Below the pieces are notes generated by a model. It did not search any database. It was not told where the DNA came from and saw only the letters and a program-made list of their open reading frames with translations. Of a DNA stretch of 64,000 nucleotides, positions 46,642-56,313 are shown piece by piece (within the stretch, counting starts at the first letter, position 1; each line of letters begins with the position of its first letter). This stretch comes from an uncultured Candidatus Saccharibacteria bacterium (lineage in GTDB: Bacteria; Patescibacteriota; Minisyncoccia; Phycocordibacterales; WO2-35-19), in the NCBI GenBank assembly GCA_964589445.1, contig CAZPQX010000002.1, forward strand, positions 91,882 to 155,881. The letters are read 5' to 3'. A program made the translations under genes and the position numbers.

Positions 46642-49448
46642 TTTTCTTTCAGATCTTCCTCGTCCTTTTCTGAAATCGGCAAAGTGACTGTCCTGCACTC
46701 ACCTTTGTCATTTGGTTTTATGAAGACAAGGCTCGGGGTGACTCTCTTGCCTTGGTATTTTTTATGGCCCCCAAGAAGTATTTTATAAAAGACTAGCTGC
46801 CTGAAATAATCTCCCGTGTCGCTCGCTGTTTCGCCTCGTATCGCCTTCTCACTCATAGCTTCTTTTGTTTTGTAGTCATAGACGAGTATTTCATCTTCTT
46901 TTTCAAGCACTAGGTCCATTTTGCCGTGGAGCCTGACCTCCACTTCAGTGCCCCCCATATTTGATACAAAGTTGGTTTCAAACCATCTCTCCGAGCTAGC
47001 CTCGCCCTCTTGGTTGAAGTGTGTCAAAAGTTCGCTCGCAACTACGGGCGCATTTTTGATCAACTCTTCTTGTATAGCTTCTTTTTCATGTTTTATGAGG
47101 AGCGATTTTTTGAAGTAGTTTTGTATTGAAGTCTTTATTGTTTCTTCTATTTCCTCTTTTGTTTTTGAGTTAGTATTCCAGACATTTGACATGGCTTCGT
47201 GCATGGCATTGCCTCTCTCTGAAGTCGCGTTTGGCGCCTCGGGCATCTTGAGGATGCTCTTGTAGAAAAAACGATTGGGACAATCTAAAAAGTGATTGAG
47301 CGCAGTCACTGAAAGTCCTTTTTCGAGCAAGACTCTTTTTGCGAATTCTTGTTTTTCTATTTTGCCAGGGTCGTTTGTGACTTGGGATGCACTTATTATT
47401 TCTTTGTACTCAGGTATAGCTTTGTTTTCTATGAGAGATTGGTCAAGCTCCGATATAAATCTTAATGCAGTAGTTGGTTTGCCTGCGAAGTTTTCGGAGT
47501 GGCTGGTGATAGCTATGTGCTTCTTGCTTCTCGTCAGCGCCACATAAAAAAGTCTTCGCTCGTCCCTTATCTCATCATATTGCTCTTTTTCTTTTGGAAG
47601 TACAAAGTACGAATTTCTGATTTTGCTTATCCAAGACTCTTCGGTGGCATATGGCACTAGTACCGACTCAAACTCGAGTCCTTTTGATGAGTGAGCTGTA
47701 GTGATGATGATATCTGATTTGGTTTTGCCCCCGTTTATTTTGACTATTTTGTTTTCAGCTGTTTTTTTGTATTCAAGAAGTGTTTTTATGATTTCCCTAT
47801 GATTTTCTGTTTTATTTTGTCTCGCTATTTCTTGGCTAAGGTTTATTATCGCTCTCCAAACCTCGACATATAGAGGGTCTTTGCTGGCCATTTTTACGAT
47901 ACCTGAAATCTCACCTATCTTGATAAGGTATTCAACACCGCTCGACTCACCCAGGATATTTTGTAGATTTTTTATAGCTGGCAACTTTTCTTGGAGCTCG
48001 GCGAGGTCGCCATTTTTGATTGCTCTTATACACTCGACTTCAGTCTTGAAGTCGAGCCCCCAAAGTCCTCCCGAAAAAGTTTCGGCGAGCGGCTCGATGA
48101 CAGATGGGTCGTTTAAAAACTCGAGTATCGAAAAAAACATGCTACCAACTCTGCTTTGAAATATATCAGCTCCCCTTTCGGCGCTAGCTTCTACTCCGGC
48201 TCTCCTCAAGATATCAAAAATCCTCGATACATAACGATTTTTCCTTGTGATGATGGCGATCTGACCGTACTTCTTTTGCATCTCTTTCACTTTTTCGACA
48301 AGGAAAACTTCTTCGTCAGAAATCTTTTCAGCCATGCATATTTCTATCGGAGTTCTTTCGGCTCCATTTCCGGATAGTAGTTTGATGCGAAGTTCTTCAT
48401 TTTCTTTTTCTGCATAATTATTTTCTATCATGCTAAAAGTAGAGTCGAGGATACCCTGGTGAGACCTGTAGTTTTCTTCGAGTTGTATCAGCTTCATGCC
48501 GCTCCAGATCTTTTGGAACCGCAAGAAATTTTCTACCGACGCACCCTGAAATCTGTATATCGCCTGCTTTTCGTCTCCCACTACAAATATGTTTGGATTA
48601 TCAAAAAACTCACCTATTTTTTGGACAATTTCGTTTTGGGTGCTGTTGGTGTCTTGATGCTCGTCGACTAAGATGTACAAGTATCTCTCTTGAAGTATCT
48701 GGAGCAGTAGCTCGTCTTGCCGGAGTGTTAGAAGTAATGCAAAAATAAGGTCGTCGAAGTCTATTTTGTTTCTTTCTTTTTTTAGGCTTTCGTAACTCTC
48801 ATAAACCTCTGAAAAAAGTATAGTTTTTTCGCACTTTTCTATACGCTTCAAAGCTTCGCCTTTTAGCATGCCTTTTGTTTTGCCTCTCGAAGATATAGAC
48901 TCTTCACTATTTTTTATCCTCTCGATTTCACTTTCTGCAAAATCTTTGATCATGCTAGGCTCCCAGGCTTCTTGTTTGGAGTCGCTGATCGCGCCAAGTA
49001 TCTTGCCGATATAAAACTCGCTGTCGCCGGCTGGGCGAAGGAGTCTGTATTTATTGTCGGTAAGTATTTCCCTTATGTAGCTTTCGGCTTCGATATCAGT
49101 GATTTGCTCGCAATTTTTGAGATGGGTAAAGTGCTCGGGAAATTCGAGTGTGATACTTTTTGCGAAGCCATGAAATGTATTTATCTGCACATCAAAAGCC
49201 GCCTCGCCTATTATCTTGCGAAGCTTTTCTCTCATGGATTTGACTCCTGACTCGGTGAATGTGAGCGCTAAAATCGAAGAAGCCCCTGCGTCGGTCTTTC
49301 TTAAAATGTTTGCGATACGGAGCGTGAGGATGGTCGTCTTGCCTGTGCCTGGGCCCGCCACCACCATCACGGGGCCGTCGATGGTGTCGACCGCCTCTCT
49401 CTGTTTTTTGTTTAGTTTTGCGTATTCTTGGTTAAATACCTCTTCCAT
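46539..49448 (-). CDS. UvrD-like helicase fused to C-terminal PD-(D/E)xK nuclease with 4-Cys Fe-S motif (AddB/Cas4-like)
   Basis: GPGTGKTT Walker A, UvrD motifs; C-terminal DCP...GNAMHE...GKMDLVLE...ILVYDYKTK...RQLVFY...CEDPECKYC. Confidence 0.8.
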   Translation of the reverse strand: MEEVFNQEYAKLNKKQREAVDTIDGPVMVVAGPGTGKTTILTLRIANILRKTDAGASSILALTFTESGVKSMREKLRKIIGEAAFDVQINTFHGFAKSITLEFPEHFTHLKNCEQITDIEAESYIREILTDNKYRLLRPAGDSEFYIGKILGAISDSKQEAWEPSMIKDFAESEIERIKNSEESISSRGKTKGMLKGEALKRIEKCEKTILFSEVYESYESLKKERNKIDFDDLIFALLLTLRQDELLLQILQERYLYILVDEHQDTNSTQNEIVQKIGEFFDNPNIFVVGDEKQAIYRFQGASVENFLRFQKIWSGMKLIQLEENYRSHQGILDSTFSMIENNYAEKENEELRIKLLSGNGAERTPIEICMAEKISDEEVFLVEKVKEMQKKYGQIAIITRKNRYVSRIFDILRRAGVEASAERGADIFQSRVGSMFFSILEFLNDPSVIEPLAETFSGGLWGLDFKTEVECIRAIKNGDLAELQEKLPAIKNLQNILGESSGVEYLIKIGEISGIVKMASKDPLYVEVWRAIINLSQEIARQNKTENHREIIKTLLEYKKTAENKIVKINGGKTKSDIIITTAHSSKGLEFESVLVPYATEESWISKIRNSYFVLPKEKEQYDEIRDERRLFYVALTRSKKHIAITSHSENFAGKPTTALRFISELDQSLIENKAIPEYKEIISASQVTNDPGKIEKQEFAKRVLLEKGLSVTALNHFLDCPNRFFYKSILKMPEAPNATSERGNAMHEAMSNVWNTNSKTKEEIEETIKTSIQNYFKKSLLIKHEKEAIQEELIKNAPVVASELLTHFNQEGEASSERWFETNFVSNMGGTEVEVRLHGKMDLVLEKEDEILVYDYKTKEAMSEKAIRGETASDTGDYFRQLVFYKILLGGHKKYQGKRVTPSLVFIKPNDKGECRTVTLPISEKDEEDLKEKIKILIEKVMSGNLLDEVCEDPECKYCRKNKNTY

Positions 49449-49565
49449 TTACTCATGATATCATAGTCTCAAAGTGTTAAATAACCTATGTTCCAAATGT
49501 TGACCATATGCTTACTTTAAAACCAAACGGCTCAAACCTTTCGGTTTGAGCCGTTGAGGAAACTG

Positions 49566-49652
49566 GGTGTGTTCTGGAGAAAAGCCTTGAACCAGAAAAG
49601 GAAAGGAAAAGCACTCCCGAGCTAGGAGTGCTTTTCGGAAGAATACACCCGA
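49566..49652. repeat. MITE/REP-like element copy G (reverse orientation), between rpoD 3' end and a strong hairpin at 49523-49553
   Basis: gaaaagcactcctagctcgggagtgcttttc perfect internal palindrome; ggttcaaggcttt core. Confidence 0.6.
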
Positions 49653-49677
49653 TTTCTTTTCCGGCTTGTTTCTATTT

Positions 49678-50889
49678 TTACAAGAAATGCTGCAAGCGTT
49701 TTGCTTTTTCGTGTTGGCGCATTTTTTCGAGCGCCTTGGCTTCTATCTGTCTGATACGCTCTCTTGTGACACCAAACTCCTTACCCACATCTTCAAGGGT
49801 GTGGTACACACCGTCGATGAGGCCATTTCTCATTTCTATTATTTTCTTTTCTTTTGGAGGCAAGTCTTTAAGTATTTCTTGAAGCTGGTCTCTGATGATG
49901 CGGTGGTTTGACTCTTGGTCAGGCGCCATTATTTTGTCATCAGCAAGGAAGTCTCCAAATGTTGACTTATCGTCTTCATCGCTGCCGTTTATCGGAGACT
50001 CGAGTGAAAATGTGCCTTGGTCAATCTTTTCGATCATGTATATTTTTTCTGGTTCAAGCCCCATCTCTATCGCTATTTCTTCTGGGAGTGGGTCACGGCC
50101 GAGGTCTTGAGAAAGGCGTCTCACTACTTGTTTGTACTTGGCGATAGTCTCCACCATGTGCACCGGCACGCGGATAGTACGAGACTGGTCTGCCAAGGCT
50201 CTCGTGATAGCTTGTCTTATCCACCAAGTGGCGTAGGTTGAAAACTTATAACCTTTTGTGTAGTCAAACTTGTCTACTGCTTTGAAAAGCCCCAAGTTTC
50301 CTTCTTGGATAAGGTCGAGGAGAGAGAGGTCTGAGCTCCTACCAACATATTTTTTGGCGATAGAAACCACAAGACGGAGGTTTGCTTTGGCGAGCAAGTT
50401 TCTTGCGCCATCGTCCCCTGCTGCTATTTTCTTGGCCAAGTCTTTTTCTTGTGAGCCTGAGATGAGTTGGTGTCTGCCTATTTCCTTGAGGTACATTTGT
50501 ATAGAGTCGTAGGAAGCCTCGTCCTTAAACATTTCCTTTTTTACTGTCAGGTTGTCTTCGAGCAGTCTGCCGCTCTCGAGGATATCTATACCCATCGAAG
50601 CACACTCTTCATAAAGATTTTCTAGGAGCTCCACATTGTCTTCAACTGTTGGAAACTCTTTTATGATTTCATCGAAAGTGATAAAACCTCTTTCCTTTCC
50701 TTTTGCTATAAGTGTTTCTTTTTTTGATTTTTCTTCGTCTCTTGCTGCACTTTTTTTGACCACTTTTTCCTTGGTTTTCTTTACAGCAGGTTTGGCTTTT
50801 GGAGCCTTTTTAGACACCTCTTTTTTGACTGTTTTCAGTCTTTTTTGTTTTATTTTTTGATATTTTGTTTTGTTGTTTTTTGTAGCCAT
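49678..50889 (-). CDS. rpoD: RNA polymerase sigma factor RpoD
   Basis: Regions 2.x-4 incl. [13 protein letters not shown] and C-terminal [13 protein letters not shown]. Confidence 0.9.
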   Translation of the reverse strand: MATKNNKTKYQKIKQKRLKTVKKEVSKKAPKAKPAVKKTKEKVVKKSAARDEEKSKKETLIAKGKERGFITFDEIIKEFPTVEDNVELLENLYEECASMGIDILESGRLLEDNLTVKKEMFKDEASYDSIQMYLKEIGRHQLISGSQEKDLAKKIAAGDDGARNLLAKANLRLVVSIAKKYVGRSSDLSLLDLIQEGNLGLFKAVDKFDYTKGYKFSTYATWWIRQAITRALADQSRTIRVPVHMVETIAKYKQVVRRLSQDLGRDPLPEEIAIEMGLEPEKIYMIEKIDQGTFSLESPINGSDEDDKSTFGDFLADDKIMAPDQESNHRIIRDQLQEILKDLPPKEKKIIEMRNGLIDGVYHTLEDVGKEFGVTRERIRQIEAKALEKMRQHEKAKRLQHFL

Positions 50890-50904
50890 TTTTAATTTTT
50901 TTAA

Positions 50905-52575
50905 TTAGTCTCTTAAATTTGATATTTGTTTTTGTAACTCGTTTATCTCCTTAGAAATTGCGACTTCATCTTCTTTATTTAAATTTTTATTGTCTAGCAA
51001 TAAACTTTTTTCTTTCAATTTCTTTTTTAATATATGAAGTTCTAATCTTTTCAAAATGTCTTTTTTGGTTGATTCGAGTCTTTCTTTTGTCATGTTTTGC
51101 CTCTCTATTTCAAAGGTCATTTTTTCTTTGTATTCTCTTTTTGATTCTATGAGTAGGTTTGTCTTTTCTTTACCGAGTATTTCCTCTAGCTTTTTCCTGG
51201 TCTCACTTTCTCCCGAAGTCTCTTCAGAGAAGACTATTGCGACTGCCATTTCTTCAAGAGTCGGTGGTCCAGAACTCTTGGCTACCTCACTCTGTCTTTC
51301 GCTAAATCCTGTTTTATTTTTTTCAAAATCATTCCAAACTGATGATTCGCTTGCGCCTGTTATCTTGGATATTTTGTTTATTATTCTCGATTTTTCCATG
51401 TCACTTTTTATTAGCGACAATACTGGAAACAGCGTTGTTTTTATTTCTTTTATCAGTCTTTCTCCTTTTTGAGACTTTGATATTTTTTCTAATACAAAAT
51501 CAGCAAAGTGCATTGATTTTTTTATGGACTCTATCCATTCCTGTTTATCTTCTTTTATTATCGAAGCAGGGTCTTCATTTTCTTTTATAGGAGCTATCTT
51601 TGTTTCCATCTCGAGAGAGAGTGCTATCTCGGCGGCTCTTTTGGCAGCGTTTTCTCCTGCCTTGTCTCCGTCATATGCTATCACTATTTTGTTCGTTAGC
51701 CTCTTTATTTTTTTGAGGTGTTCTTCTGTGAGTGCTGTGCCCGAAGAAGCGACTGTGTTTGTGACTCCAGACTGATGAGACATGACCAAATCCATCTGTC
51801 CTTCTACCAAGATTGCATAATCAGATTTCCTAATTTGATTTTTGGCGAAGTTGAATCCATAAAGCACTTCTGATTTTTTGAAGAGTTTGGTTTCCGGTGA
51901 GTTGAGGTATTTGGGAGATTTACCGTCGTCGTGAAGTATCCTCCCTGAAAATGCTATCACTTTGCCGCTTGGGTCAAAGATAGGAAACATCACACGACCT
52001 CTAAAAGTGTCGTAGTGCTTGTCAGCGTCTGGTACCTTTTTTATGAGACCTGCTTCAAGCATTACTTTTTTAGAAAATTTAGAAGAAAGAAGTTCATCGT
52101 GCAAATCTCGCCACTCGTTTTTTGCAAGTCCTATCCTCCACTTAGATATACTGCTCTCTGAAAGACCTCTATTTTTTAGGTACTCTAGTGCCTCTTTGTT
52201 TTTTGAAAGATTATTTTCATAAAACTTCGTGGCTTTTTCCATTATTTCAAAGAGCTCACCAGTTTCATCCTTTTCTTTTTTAGGACCACTCTTTACAAGC
52301 TCTACGCCAGCTCTCGAAGCGAGCAGCTCAAGCGCCCCTTTGAAATCTGTACTTTCGAACTTTTCAACGAAAGAAAAAATATCCCCTTTTTCCCCGCAAC
52401 CAAAGCAGTAAAAAGACTGCCTTTCCTCTGATATGAAGAAAGAGGGGGTCTTTTCATTGTGGAACGGGCACCTAGCTTTGTAGTTGATGCCCGCTTTATC
52501 TACTTTTATATAAGAAGATATAAGATCCACAATATTAATTTTTTCTTTTATTTTTTCTATGTCGGAAGAAGACAT
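50905..52575 (-). CDS. dnaG: DNA primase
   Basis: Zinc ribbon CPFHNEKTPSF...CFGCG, TOPRIM region EGQMD...DGD. Confidence 0.9.
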   Translation of the reverse strand: MSSSDIEKIKEKINIVDLISSYIKVDKAGINYKARCPFHNEKTPSFFISEERQSFYCFGCGEKGDIFSFVEKFESTDFKGALELLASRAGVELVKSGPKKEKDETGELFEIMEKATKFYENNLSKNKEALEYLKNRGLSESSISKWRIGLAKNEWRDLHDELLSSKFSKKVMLEAGLIKKVPDADKHYDTFRGRVMFPIFDPSGKVIAFSGRILHDDGKSPKYLNSPETKLFKKSEVLYGFNFAKNQIRKSDYAILVEGQMDLVMSHQSGVTNTVASSGTALTEEHLKKIKRLTNKIVIAYDGDKAGENAAKRAAEIALSLEMETKIAPIKENEDPASIIKEDKQEWIESIKKSMHFADFVLEKISKSQKGERLIKEIKTTLFPVLSLIKSDMEKSRIINKISKITGASESSVWNDFEKNKTGFSERQSEVAKSSGPPTLEEMAVAIVFSEETSGESETRKKLEEILGKEKTNLLIESKREYKEKMTFEIERQNMTKERLESTKKDILKRLELHILKKKLKEKSLLLDNKNLNKEDEVAISKEINELQKQISNLRD

Positions 52576-52611
52576 GTGAAAATTGTTATCTTCCCGGATG
52601 CGATCTGGCCT

Positions 52612-55600
52612 TTACATATTTCGGTCCAAATCTTCCTGAAGTTTCTTGATGAGTTCGTACTTCTCGCTTCCCTTAAATCCTGAACCTGCTGGTATAAGTC
52701 TTCCGATAATGACATTTTCCTTGAGTCCTTTGAGTTCATCTTCTGTACCTTTGAGTGCGTTTTGGATGAGCATTCTTGTGGTGTGTTGGAAGGAAGCAGA
52801 TGAGAGGAAGCTCTTTCTTGAAAGAGAAACTTCTGTGATACCAAGGAGCAAATCTTCTCCTGTAGCAACTGTCTTGCTCTCTTCTTTTATTAGCTCGTTT
52901 TCGTTTATGAATTCACCTTCTGGTACTGTGTCGCCTTGTGAGAATTTGGTGTCTCCAGGAGTCTTGATTTTCTTTCTTGAGAACATCTGCCTTATGATCA
53001 CCTCGATGTGTTTCCTTGAGATAGGCTCTCCTTGTAGCTCGTAAATCTTTGTGATTTCGTGAATGATGTAGTTTTGAGTGACCACTTCGCCAGCATACTT
53101 GAAGAGTTCTTCGAGGTCTGCTGAACCGTCAGTCATGATGTCACCCTTCTTAACCTTATCCCCTACTTTGACGAGGATTGTCCTCATGTAGCTCACTGGA
53201 TACTCTGCTTCATTTTTTGCTTTTACCTTGCTTGTTTGTTTTGTAGCTTCGTCTGGTAGCAAGATGATAAATCTGTCTTTGCCCTCTATCTTTATCTCAG
53301 TCACTGTGCCGTCTACTCTCGCTACTACAGCTGGGTTTTTAGGAGTTCTGTTTTCGAAGATTTCTTCAACTCTAGGAAGACCAGATGTGATGTCTCCACC
53401 GACTGATGCTGTACCTCCTGAGTGGAATGTTCTCATTGTGAGCTGAGTACCTGGTTCACCGATAGCCTGTGCTGCCACAGTACCTACTGCTTCACCGAGC
53501 TCGATGACTTTGTTCTTTCCTAGGTCTGAACCATAACATTTAACACAAATACCATTGATTGTTTTGCAGGTGAGAGGAGATCTTACTTTTACTGTTTCTA
53601 TTTTAGCTGCTTCTATTTTTGCAGCGTCGTCTCTACTTAGGAAGTGGTCTCTCTTAAACAATACATTTCCTTCAGAGTCTTTCACGTCTTCTGCCAAAAA
53701 TCTTCCTCTTGAAAGTTTGGCTATTGAAACTTCCATTCCAGAAGGAGTCACTTTGTTTAGGAGTACTCCCTCTTTGCTTCCACAGTCTTCTTCGTAAATC
53801 AAACTGTCCTGTGCCACATCAAAGAGTTTCCTTGTGAGGTATCCGGCCTTTGCTGTGTTGAGGGCTGTGTCGCTCATACCTTTTCGGGCGCCGTGAGTGG
53901 TGATGAAGTATTCGATTGGAGTCAAACCTTCTTTATAAGAAGATGTGATTGGGAAGTCGATAGTCTCTCCTGTAGTGTTGACGATGAGACCTTTCATACC
54001 TGCCATCTGAGTGAGCTGACCCATGGAGCCTCTAGCTTCAGATTTCACGAGGTCATAAACAGATCCAGTCTTGTCCAAGTTGTCTTGTAGAAGTTTTTGA
54101 ACCTCGTCTTTTGCTTCTGTCCATTTCTCGATATTTTTTATCTTCTTTTCGTTTTGTGAAAGAAGTCCTGATGCGTATTGCTCTTCTATAAGTGCAACTT
54201 TTTCTTTTGCTCTGTCTATTATTTCTTGTTTTGCTGCTGGTACTTTGATGTCGTCTATACCCCAAGTTGTACCCGAAACAGTGGCATATTTGAATCCGAA
54301 TTCCTTTACCTTGTTCATTATGTCAGGGATTGATTCGATGCCGTATTTTTGTATAAGGTCGTCGACGATAGAAGACATTTTCTTCTTGTTCATCTCTGTA
54401 TTTAGGTAAGGATAGTCTTCTGGCATGACCGCATTGAAGAGCAGTCTCCCTATAGTTGTCTCAAAAAGACCTCCATTGAACTCTGCGTATTTGAGAGAAT
54501 TTGTAGGTAGTACTTTTATCTTTGCTCTGAAATCAAGCACATCGAAGTCATAAGCTGTGATTGCGCTGTTTGGACTTTCAAATATAAGACCCTCACCTTT
54601 TTCTCCTGAAACCTCTTTTGTCATCCAGAAACATCCAAGGATGATGTCGAGTAGCTTGTTGGAAATAGTAGGATCTCCTGATCCCGGCTTCAATATGTTT
54701 TTGTCAGAAGCCATGATCATCTTTGCTTCCATTTGAGCTTCTGGAGAAAGTGGTACGTGTACGGCCATTTGGTCTCCGTCGAAGTCGGCGTTGAATGCAT
54801 TACATACTAGAGGGTGCACCTGGATAGCGTTACCTTCTATAAGTACTGGTCTGAAAGCCTGTATACCAAGTCTGTGCAAAGTAGGAGCTCTGTTTAGGAG
54901 TACATATCTGTCCTTGATTATTTCTTCGAGGATTGCCCATACCTCAGGTATTTTGTCTTCTATAAGTCTCGATGCGCCTCTTACGTTGTAAGCAAGCTCC
55001 TGTTTCAAAAGTTCTGAAATTACAAATGGTTTGAATAGTTCAAGAGCCATGTGTTTAGGAAGTCCGCACTGGTCAAGTTTGAGCTCAGGACCGACGACGA
55101 TCACTGATCTACCAGAGTAGTCGACTCTCTTACCGAGAAGGTTTTGTCTGAAGATACCTCTCTTGCCTTTCAGGTTGTCAGCAAGGCTTTTTAGTTCTCT
55201 TGTTTTGCTTGCCTGAGCTGTTTGCTGCTGGCTGTTGTTGTGTCTTATGGAGTTGTCGAGGAGTGCATCCACCGCTTCCTGGAGAATTCTTTTTTCATTT
55301 CGAAGGATCACGTCAGGCGCGCTGATTTCTTTTAGTTTCTTCAACCTGTTGTTTCTGTTGATCACTCTCCTGTATAGGTCGTTCACGTCGCTAGTAGCGT
55401 ATCTACCACCATCGAGAGGCACCATTGGTCTCATTGCAGGAGGAATGACTGGTATCCTGTTTAGGAACATCCACTCAGGTCTAGAGCCAGATCTGATCAT
55501 TGTTTGTATCAAAGATAGTCTCTTTGCTATTTTTGTTGATTCAATTGATTTTGATTTTTCAAGCTCCTCTTTGACTTTTGTTTCAAGTTTACCCAGGTCG

Positions 55601-56295
55601 AGAGACTTAAATATTTTGTATATTGCTTCAGCACCTATTTCGGCTTCGAAGAATGTTCCGTAGTCTTTTGAATATTTGTGGTATTCGATTTCGTCGATGA
55701 CCTTACCCTCGACTATGCCTTCTATTTCCCTCTTTCTTGAAAGCAAACTGTCCTTGAGGCTATCTTTGCTCTTTTCATCAGTCAGGTTTTTTATCTTTGC
55801 TTTAAATTCAGCATCGAGGTCTCGGAGTAGTGAAGCTTTTTCTTCTTCAGAAACTCTTGTGATGATGTATCCAGCGAAATAAATCACCTTCTCAACTTCT
55901 GCAGATGTAGTGCCGAGGAGGAGTGCTATACGTGAAGGCATGCTCTTCAGGAACCAGATATGAGAAACAGGAGCCGCGAGGTCGATATGGCCCATCCTCT
56001 CCCTTCTCACTATTGAGCGAGTGATTTCAACTCCACATTTTTCACAAACGATACCTTTGTATCTTATGCCTTTGTATTTTCCACAGTAACATTCGTAGTC
56101 TCTGTCAGGACCGAATATCTTTTCATCGAAAAGTCCGTGCCTTTCGCTTCTCTGGGTCCTGTAGTTTATAGTTTCAGGTTTTGTGACTTCTCCGAAAGAC
56201 CAATTTTTTATCACTTCTGGGGAAGCGAGAGAGAGCTTCATTAGGTCGAAATCTGGGTTGATGCCTTGATGATTTTTATTTTGCATGTTTTGCAT
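52612..56295 (-). CDS. rpoC: DNA-directed RNA polymerase subunit beta'
   Basis: 1227 aa; NADFDGDQM active site, Zn-finger Cys near N-terminus. Confidence 0.95.
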   Translation of the reverse strand: MQNMQNKNHQGINPDFDLMKLSLASPEVIKNWSFGEVTKPETINYRTQRSERHGLFDEKIFGPDRDYECYCGKYKGIRYKGIVCEKCGVEITRSIVRRERMGHIDLAAPVSHIWFLKSMPSRIALLLGTTSAEVEKVIYFAGYIITRVSEEEKASLLRDLDAEFKAKIKNLTDEKSKDSLKDSLLSRKREIEGIVEGKVIDEIEYHKYSKDYGTFFEAEIGAEAIYKIFKSLDLGKLETKVKEELEKSKSIESTKIAKRLSLIQTMIRSGSRPEWMFLNRIPVIPPAMRPMVPLDGGRYATSDVNDLYRRVINRNNRLKKLKEISAPDVILRNEKRILQEAVDALLDNSIRHNNSQQQTAQASKTRELKSLADNLKGKRGIFRQNLLGKRVDYSGRSVIVVGPELKLDQCGLPKHMALELFKPFVISELLKQELAYNVRGASRLIEDKIPEVWAILEEIIKDRYVLLNRAPTLHRLGIQAFRPVLIEGNAIQVHPLVCNAFNADFDGDQMAVHVPLSPEAQMEAKMIMASDKNILKPGSGDPTISNKLLDIILGCFWMTKEVSGEKGEGLIFESPNSAITAYDFDVLDFRAKIKVLPTNSLKYAEFNGGLFETTIGRLLFNAVMPEDYPYLNTEMNKKKMSSIVDDLIQKYGIESIPDIMNKVKEFGFKYATVSGTTWGIDDIKVPAAKQEIIDRAKEKVALIEEQYASGLLSQNEKKIKNIEKWTEAKDEVQKLLQDNLDKTGSVYDLVKSEARGSMGQLTQMAGMKGLIVNTTGETIDFPITSSYKEGLTPIEYFITTHGARKGMSDTALNTAKAGYLTRKLFDVAQDSLIYEEDCGSKEGVLLNKVTPSGMEVSIAKLSRGRFLAEDVKDSEGNVLFKRDHFLSRDDAAKIEAAKIETVKVRSPLTCKTINGICVKCYGSDLGKNKVIELGEAVGTVAAQAIGEPGTQLTMRTFHSGGTASVGGDITSGLPRVEEIFENRTPKNPAVVARVDGTVTEIKIEGKDRFIILLPDEATKQTSKVKAKNEAEYPVSYMRTILVKVGDKVKKGDIMTDGSADLEELFKYAGEVVTQNYIIHEITKIYELQGEPISRKHIEVIIRQMFSRKKIKTPGDTKFSQGDTVPEGEFINENELIKEESKTVATGEDLLLGITEVSLSRKSFLSSASFQHTTRMLIQNALKGTEDELKGLKENVIIGRLIPAGSGFKGSEKYELIKKLQEDLDRNM

Positions 56296-56313
56296 GATAG
56301 TCTTGTTTTTTTA